Made by a program: the position numbers and the translations under genes
Part shown: positions 59,045 through 64,000 of the stretch, piece by piece
How positions within the stretch are numbered: position 1 is the first letter of the stretch
Layout: every line of letters begins with the position of its first letter
Assembly (NCBI GenBank): GCA_034676125.1
Contig: JAUCCO010000002.1
Span: 2,675-66,674 of the forward strand
Length of the DNA: 64,000 bases
Direction of reading: 5' to 3'
DNA from: Bacteroidia bacterium
GTDB taxonomy: Bacteria > Bacteroidota > Bacteroidia > UKL13-3
Notes under the pieces: model-generated
The model's input: only the letters and a program-made list of their open reading frames with translations
What the model was told of the DNA's origin: nothing
The model's database searches: none

Positions 59045-60400
59045 CTAAGCTTGGGTATTTGGGTTTAATAACTCAACTTTTACACGTTTTATTCTGCGTT
59101 TATCTGCCGATTCGATGACGAATTTAAAATTGTCATAAAAAATTTCATCTCCTTTTTTAGGCATTTCTTCGTGCAGTTCTAATAACAAACCACCTAAAGT
59201 CTCAGCATCCTCTTTGGCATCATCAAATATATTACTCTCAACCTCCATAAACTTACACATATCGTTTATAGAAATTTTAGCTTCAAACACATAAGTATAT
59301 TCATTTAAGCGCGAGTAAAATACTTCATCTTCATCAAACTCATCATTTATCTCACCAAATATTTCTTCTAAAATATCCTCCATGGTAACTAAACCTTGGG
59401 TTCCACCAAACTCATCAACCACAACTGCTAAATGCACACGTTTACTCTGAAACTCTTTTAATAGATCGTCAATCTTTTTGCTCTCGGGTACAAAGTATGG
59501 TTTGCGTATTAAAGTTAGCCAGTTAAAATCATCATCATTGTGCATGTGTGGCAGCAAATCTTTAATATAAAGTACACCATTAATATTATCTAAATTGTTG
59601 GTATAAACTGGTACACGCGAGTAGCCCCAATCGTTAATTTTAAGTAATAATTGTTTAAATGGGGTATCAGATTTTATTGCAGTAACATCGGGTCTTTGAC
59701 GCATAATTTGGCGAACATTGGTATTGCCAAAATTCACTATCGATTTTAATATTATTTTTTCTTCTTTAGGCGTTTCTTCTTCGTTGGTTATATCAATTGC
59801 ATGGGTAAGTTCATCAACCGAAAGTATATGGCCTTTTTTGGTTACACGCTTATCAATTATCGAAGTAGATTTTACCAATATTGTTACAAAAGGTTTTAGC
59901 AATTTGCTAAGTGTAAACATTGGAATAGCTACAAATTTTGATACACGTACATTATTTTGTGTGGCATATATTTTAGGCATTACCTCGCCAAACAATACTA
60001 AAATAAAAGTTACCAATACAATCTCAATAAAAAACCCAATAATTGGGCTGCTGGTAAAATTAAACACCATTCCAATAATTATGGTAGAAACCATTACAAT
60101 GGCAATGTTTACAAAAGTGTTTGAAATAAGTATGGTGGCCAGTAAATGTTTGGGATGATTTATTAAGTAACCTATGTATTTTGAGGTGCGAGTTTCTTCC
60201 TCTATTAGTTCTTCTATTTGCAGTTTTGTTAAACTAAAAAAAGCATTTTCGGAACTAGATATAATAGCCGAGCATATTACAAGTAAAGCTACAATTACGA
60301 GGCTCATTACAATAGTGCCCACATCAGCAGTGGTAAGGGTTGTGTTAATAATGCTTAACACATTATTGACCGGAGGTTCGGAAATTAAACTACTTTGCAA
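59045..60400 (-). CDS. gldE: gliding motility-associated protein GldE (DUF21-CBS-CorC_HlyC family)
   Basis: It has an N-terminal 4-TM DUF21 region, a tandem CBS pair, a C-terminal CorC/HlyC domain, and gldE-gldD synteny. The start is TTG and is uncertain. Confidence 0.85.
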   Translation of the reverse strand: MQSSLISEPPVNNVLSIINTTLTTADVGTIVMSLVIVALLVICSAIISSSENAFFSLTKLQIEELIEEETRTSKYIGYLINHPKHLLATILISNTFVNIAIVMVSTIIIGMVFNFTSSPIIGFFIEIVLVTFILVLFGEVMPKIYATQNNVRVSKFVAIPMFTLSKLLKPFVTILVKSTSIIDKRVTKKGHILSVDELTHAIDITNEEETPKEEKIILKSIVNFGNTNVRQIMRQRPDVTAIKSDTPFKQLLLKINDWGYSRVPVYTNNLDNINGVLYIKDLLPHMHNDDDFNWLTLIRKPYFVPESKKIDDLLKEFQSKRVHLAVVVDEFGGTQGLVTMEDILEEIFGEINDEFDEDEVFYSRLNEYTYVFEAKISINDMCKFMEVESNIFDDAKEDAETLGGLLLELHEEMPKKGDEIFYDNFKFVIESADKRRIKRVKVELLNPNTQA

Positions 60401-60431
60401 AGTATATAAATTAAGTTAAAAAATTAATGCA

Positions 60432-60881
60432 TTAAAATGGTAAATCGTCCATTTCGTTTGCATTATTATCTGTATCTGTTGGAGGAGGTTGCGATATATT
60501 ACCAGACTCATTATTTTGAGTTCCATCAGAGTTGTTTGCTGTACGCGAACCCAGCAAAGTTATGTTATTCGCTCTTATTTTTATGCCTGTTCGTTCAATT
60601 CCTTGTTGATCGGTCCATTTTTCGGTCCTAATCTTGCCTTCTATATATACACTCGAGCCTTTTTTTAAATATTTATAAGCTACATCTGCTAAGTTATCCC
60701 ATAACTCCACTCGATGCCATTCGGTATCTGTTCTTCTTTCGCCAGTGCGGCTATCATTGTAGCTTTCACTGGTGGCTAAACTAATGGTTAAAACTCTTCT
60801 GGTATTGTTTTGTCCTAACACACGAGGTTGCTCTGGGTCGCGGCCCAAATTGCCAACCAAAATTACTTTATTTACGCTCAT
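60432..60881 (-). CDS. ssb: single-stranded DNA-binding protein
   Basis: It has an OB fold (NKVILVGNLGRDPE...TEWHRV), a disordered tail and the acidic tip DDLPF. Confidence 0.94.
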   Translation of the reverse strand: MSVNKVILVGNLGRDPEQPRVLGQNNTRRVLTISLATSESYNDSRTGERRTDTEWHRVELWDNLADVAYKYLKKGSSVYIEGKIRTEKWTDQQGIERTGIKIRANNITLLGSRTANNSDGTQNNESGNISQPPPTDTDNNANEMDDLPF

Positions 60882-60898
60882 AATTATTGTACTATAAG

Positions 60899-61948
60899 TT
60901 AGGGCAATATACTAATCAAAAAACGCTCAAGCAAGCGGGGCACAGCAAAATTATTTATTTGGCTTAATGGCACCTTTACAAAACCATTGTTTTCGGTTGG
61001 TTTTATTTGTTTTGAAGTAACTTGCCAAAACACAGCATATATGGTTTGATGCGTAAGTTGGTGTTTAGCTGTAAATATAGGCTTAAGGCTTTTTGGCAGT
61101 TTATTTAGTAGGGTTTTTAATTTGGGTTGATGCAAAAGTTCTTCTTCAGTAATTGATGTATCGGTTTCAATTAAAGGAAACTCGAATAATTTATTCCAAA
61201 TGCCTTCATCAATGCGTTGTCGTAAGTATGTATTATCACCATCATGTATGTATAAATAGTTAAGGTAGCGATTTATTGGCTTGCGTTTTTTCTCTTTTAC
61301 AGGAAAATCGTAAACACGCTTTTGTGCATAAGCTTGGCACTGTAATCTCAACACACAACTTTGGCAAAGTGCTAACTTAGGTTTACACACCATAGCGCCC
61401 AACTCCATAATGGCTTGGTTATGCAATGCAGGCGCATCAAGGTTTAATAAATCTTGTGCCAATTGGGCAAATAACTTTTTACCTGATGTACTATTTATAG
61501 GTTCATCTATTGCATATAATCTAGCAAGTACACGATATACATTTCCATCAACCACAGCTTTGGCCTCATTAAATGCAAAGGATGAAATTGCTGCTGCCGT
61601 ATATGGGCCAATTCCTTTTAAGTTTAGCAACTCAGCATAAGTTTCTGGAAACACACCATTATAACTATTTACCAAAATTCGAGCAGTTTTAAGCATATTA
61701 CTTGCTCTATTGTAATAACCTAAGCCTTGCCATAGTTTCATAACGTTATTATCATCAGCTTCGGCAAGCTGTTTTATGGTGGGATAATGCTCAATAAATT
61801 TGAGGTAATAAGGCAATCCTTGTTCAACTCGGGTTTGTTGTAATATAATTTCCGATAACCAAATGTGATAAGGGTTAAGATTATTACGCCATGGTAAATC
61901 ACGCTTATTGGCTAAGTACCAATTAATTAATGGTTGTAGAGGAGTCAT
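60899..61948 (-). CDS. mutY: A/G-specific adenine DNA glycosylase
   Basis: It has an HhH-GPD core (LKGIGPYTAAAI) and the 4Fe-4S cluster pattern C-x6-C-x2-C-x5-C (CKPKLALCQSCVLRLQC). A NUDIX-like C-terminal domain follows. Confidence 0.92.
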   Translation of the reverse strand: MTPLQPLINWYLANKRDLPWRNNLNPYHIWLSEIILQQTRVEQGLPYYLKFIEHYPTIKQLAEADDNNVMKLWQGLGYYNRASNMLKTARILVNSYNGVFPETYAELLNLKGIGPYTAAAISSFAFNEAKAVVDGNVYRVLARLYAIDEPINSTSGKKLFAQLAQDLLNLDAPALHNQAIMELGAMVCKPKLALCQSCVLRLQCQAYAQKRVYDFPVKEKKRKPINRYLNYLYIHDGDNTYLRQRIDEGIWNKLFEFPLIETDTSITEEELLHQPKLKTLLNKLPKSLKPIFTAKHQLTHQTIYAVFWQVTSKQIKPTENNGFVKVPLSQINNFAVPRLLERFLISILP

Positions 61949-62102
61949 ATATTATCAACAAAAGTAGGACTTCAATAATTTTTTCCATTGTATTAGTACT
62001 TTTTGTTTTGAATTTCATACCTTTGCAACCCGGATTATCAAATGATGGGGAAAGACAAACATTTGACTTTAAAGTTATTAATTGTTAAAAAAATAGTAGA
62101 AA

Positions 62103-62423
62103 ATGACAAAAGCAGAAGTAATTGCAGAAATCGCAACTAAAACAGGAATTGAGAAAGCACACGTGCAAGAAGCAGTAGAATCTTTCTTCAAAGTAGTAAG
62201 AACCTCTATGACAGAAGGTAAAAATGTTTATTTCCGTGGGTTTGGAAGCTTTGTAATTAAAAAGAGAGCTAAGAAAATTGCACGTAACATCAGTAAAAAT
62301 ACTGCAATGGTAATTGATGAACATTTTATCCCGAGCTTTAAACCAGCTAAAACTTTTGTAGATAAAGTTAAAAAAAGCGAAATGGTTAAAGCTAAAGCAG
62401 CTAAATTAGCAGCTAAAGCTTAA
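62103..62423 (+). CDS. HU/IHF family DNA-binding protein with K/A-rich C-terminal tail
   Basis: The HU fold shows in MTKAEVIAEIA...VYFRGFGSF...PSFKPAK. The tail is KAKAAKLAAKA. A -7 box, TACCTTTG, lies at 62018-62025. Confidence 0.88.
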   Translation: MTKAEVIAEIATKTGIEKAHVQEAVESFFKVVRTSMTEGKNVYFRGFGSFVIKKRAKKIARNISKNTAMVIDEHFIPSFKPAKTFVDKVKKSEMVKAKAAKLAAKA

Positions 62424-63241
62424 TGAAATTTAACGGCAAGCAAATTTTACTTGTTGCCATAGCCTTGGGGGTTATTACCACCTTGTTTGTTATGGGTTAC
62501 AAAACTCCTTTTGCGCAATCAAGCGCAAAGGGAGTTTCTGTGGCAAGTAAACAATTTGATGTTGACGGTTTTTTGAAGGAACAAAAGTTAAAACTTACGC
62601 CTGCCTTGCAACAGCAAGTAGAGGTTCTTGAAGCCGACAAAAACAACAAAGAAAGTCTAGTACTATTGGTAAATCTTTGGGATTCGTTAAAAGTAACTTA
62701 TGCAGGTGCATATTATACCTATAAGTTGGCTCAAATTGAGAATGACGAAATTACCTGGTTTGCCGCTGGTAGTAAATTTTACAATGTAGCCAATTTTAGC
62801 GTAGATAGCGTGATTGGAATTGATGCAATAGCAAAAGCAAGAGATGCTTATGCAAAAGTGGTGGAGTTAAATCCCGCTAATTTGCAAGCAAAAAGTGCCT
62901 TGGCAGTTTGTATTATTCAGGGCGATAACGATGTGATGAAGGGTGTAGGCCTTTTAAAAGAAGTTGTAGCAACAGATTCGAATAACGTTCAAGCTATTTT
63001 TACATTAGGTATGCTATCAATACAAAGCAACCAATTTGATAAAGCTGAAGAACGTTTCGAAAAATTAATTAAACTTGAACCCTTTAATCCAGAGTATTAT
63101 TTTTACTTAGGCGAAGTGTATGCAAAAGGTGGTAATGTGGCAAAAGCCATAAAAACCTACGAAACTTGCAGAACTTTGTTAACCGATAAAGAGGCAAAGA
63201 AGGAAATAGACCAAATAATTAATAAACTTAATAAACTTTAA
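62423..63241 (+). CDS. tetratricopeptide repeat protein with N-terminal TM anchor
   Basis: TPR-like helices are present (ARDAYAKVVELNPANLQA; AEERFEKLIKLEPFNPEYYFYLGEVY). Its start overlaps the HU stop. Confidence 0.7.
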   Translation: MKFNGKQILLVAIALGVITTLFVMGYKTPFAQSSAKGVSVASKQFDVDGFLKEQKLKLTPALQQQVEVLEADKNNKESLVLLVNLWDSLKVTYAGAYYTYKLAQIENDEITWFAAGSKFYNVANFSVDSVIGIDAIAKARDAYAKVVELNPANLQAKSALAVCIIQGDNDVMKGVGLLKEVVATDSNNVQAIFTLGMLSIQSNQFDKAEERFEKLIKLEPFNPEYYFYLGEVYAKGGNVAKAIKTYETCRTLLTDKEAKKEIDQIINKLNKL

Positions 63242-63245
63242 TAGT

Positions 63246-63341
63246 ATGCCAAGCGGAAAGAAAAGAAAAAGACATAAGATCGCAACGCACAAGCGTAAAA
63301 AAAGACTACGTAAAAACAGACATAAGACTAAGAAAAAATAA
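63246..63341 (+). CDS. 31-aa highly basic peptide, bS22-like (AURKAIP1/COX24-type) ribosomal protein candidate
   Basis: The product is MPSGKKRKRHKIATHKRKKRLRKNRHKTKKK, and the KRKRHK..THKRKKR pattern matches that family as I recall it. A terminator follows. It is below the ORF-track cutoff. Confidence 0.55.
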   Translation: MPSGKKRKRHKIATHKRKKRLRKNRHKTKKK

Positions 63342-63395
63342 TTAATTTTTCTTAATTACTGATACACACATCTTTTTTATTCAAAAGATCTTAAT

Positions 63396-63432
63396 GGTAA
63401 ACCGTTCAATCGCTGGGCGGTTTGCTGTTTTT
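63396..63432 (+). terminator. probable terminator after the basic-peptide ORF
   Basis: GGTAAACCG-13 nt-CGGTTTGCT is followed by GTTTTT. The stem is weaker than those of the other terminators listed. Confidence 0.45.
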
Positions 63433-63452
63433 AAACACACGTGTTAAAAATT

Positions 63453-64000
63453 GTGAGCTACGAACTGGTAATAAATAGTCATGCTAATGGTGGAGTTGAT
63501 ATTGCGCTGCTTAGAGACAAAAAACTAATTGAGTTACATCACGAAAAAGCAGATAATAATTTTGCTGTTGGTGATGTATATTTGGGTACAGTAAATAAAC
63601 TGATGCCCGGACTTAATGCTGCTTTTGTTGATGTAGGGCACGAGAAGGATGCATTTTTACATTACCTTGATCTTGGGCCTCAAATTAAGTCACAACTTAA
63701 GCATGTTAAAATGTTGCGCAGTAATCCACATACTGATGTGTGGCCTGATGCCAAATTAAATGAACCCGACATTGAAAAAACGGGAAAAATAAATCAAGTA
63801 CTGCAGCGCCTACAGCAAATTATGGTGCAGGTTACTAAAGAGCCCATCTCTAATAAAGGTCCACGGTTAACCTCTCAGCTTTCTTTAGCTGGCCGATATG
63901 TGGTATTAATGCCTTTTGATGGTGTTGTTTCTATCTCTAAAAAAATTGTAAAAACAGACGAACGTATTCGTTTAAAAAAACTGGTTCAAAGCATTAAGCC
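63453..64000 (+). CDS. rng: ribonuclease E/G family protein (RNase G-like), 3' end outside the window
   Basis: It starts at GTG and the frame stays open to the window end. An S1 domain (VGDVYLGTVNKLMPGLNAAFVDVGHEKDAFLHY) and EPISNKGPRLTSQLSLAGRYVVLMPF are present. It is not in the ORF track because no stop is reached. Confidence 0.85.
   Translation, partial: MSYELVINSHANGGVDIALLRDKKLIELHHEKADNNFAVGDVYLGTVNKLMPGLNAAFVDVGHEKDAFLHYLDLGPQIKSQLKHVKMLRSNPHTDVWPDAKLNEPDIEKTGKINQVLQRLQQIMVQVTKEPISNKGPRLTSQLSLAGRYVVLMPFDGVVSISKKIVKTDERIRLKKLVQSIK

Noticed and set aside
1-64000. A scan of the whole window for CRISPR arrays, tRNA or rRNA genes, transposases, integrases, reverse transcriptases, toxin-antitoxin pairs and known defence-system architectures.
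   Set aside because: I saw no regularly spaced repeats, no T-loop GGTTCGAATCC-like motifs in the intergenic regions, and no recombinase or RT motifs in any ORF. The window reads as conserved core chromosome with only the small oddities listed under findings.

Overview
The window is a low-GC chromosomal segment from a Bacteroidota genome of flavobacterial or sphingobacterial type. Three things in the sequence support that placement: five gliding-motility genes (gldA, gldF, gldG, gldD, gldE), several TTTG-N19-TAnnTTTG promoters, and no evident Shine-Dalgarno sites. Most of it is core housekeeping. Examples are rpe, murB, purH, the mreBCD-mrdA-rodA rod-shape cluster, nadD, gmk, yicC, hutH, rocD, secDF, udk, ssb, mutY, an HU gene, the 5' end of an RNase G gene, and a tetR-tolC-MFP-RND efflux operon. 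I saw no transposase, integrase, CRISPR array, tRNA, rRNA or recognisable multi-gene defence system, and I cannot honestly name a new multi-gene system here. Four items deserve a second look. (1) An orphan unit upstream of gldAFG (51561-51745) has phased A-tracts, a consensus promoter, mutually exclusive hairpins and an intrinsic terminator, and would make a roughly 120-nt RNA. (2) A single AAA-ATPase/DUF4143-like gene is bracketed by about 50-bp imperfect direct repeats, one of which is a 19-bp-stem palindrome. (3) The RND permease is split by a +1 frame change at an A4T5 run, exactly between its two internal halves. (4) Three short ORFs fall below the ORF-track cutoff: two single-TM microproteins and a bS22-like basic peptide. 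An SRP RNA gene on the minus strand lies under two spurious ORF calls. All product calls come from reading motifs by eye; no BLAST, HMM or Rfam search was possible.
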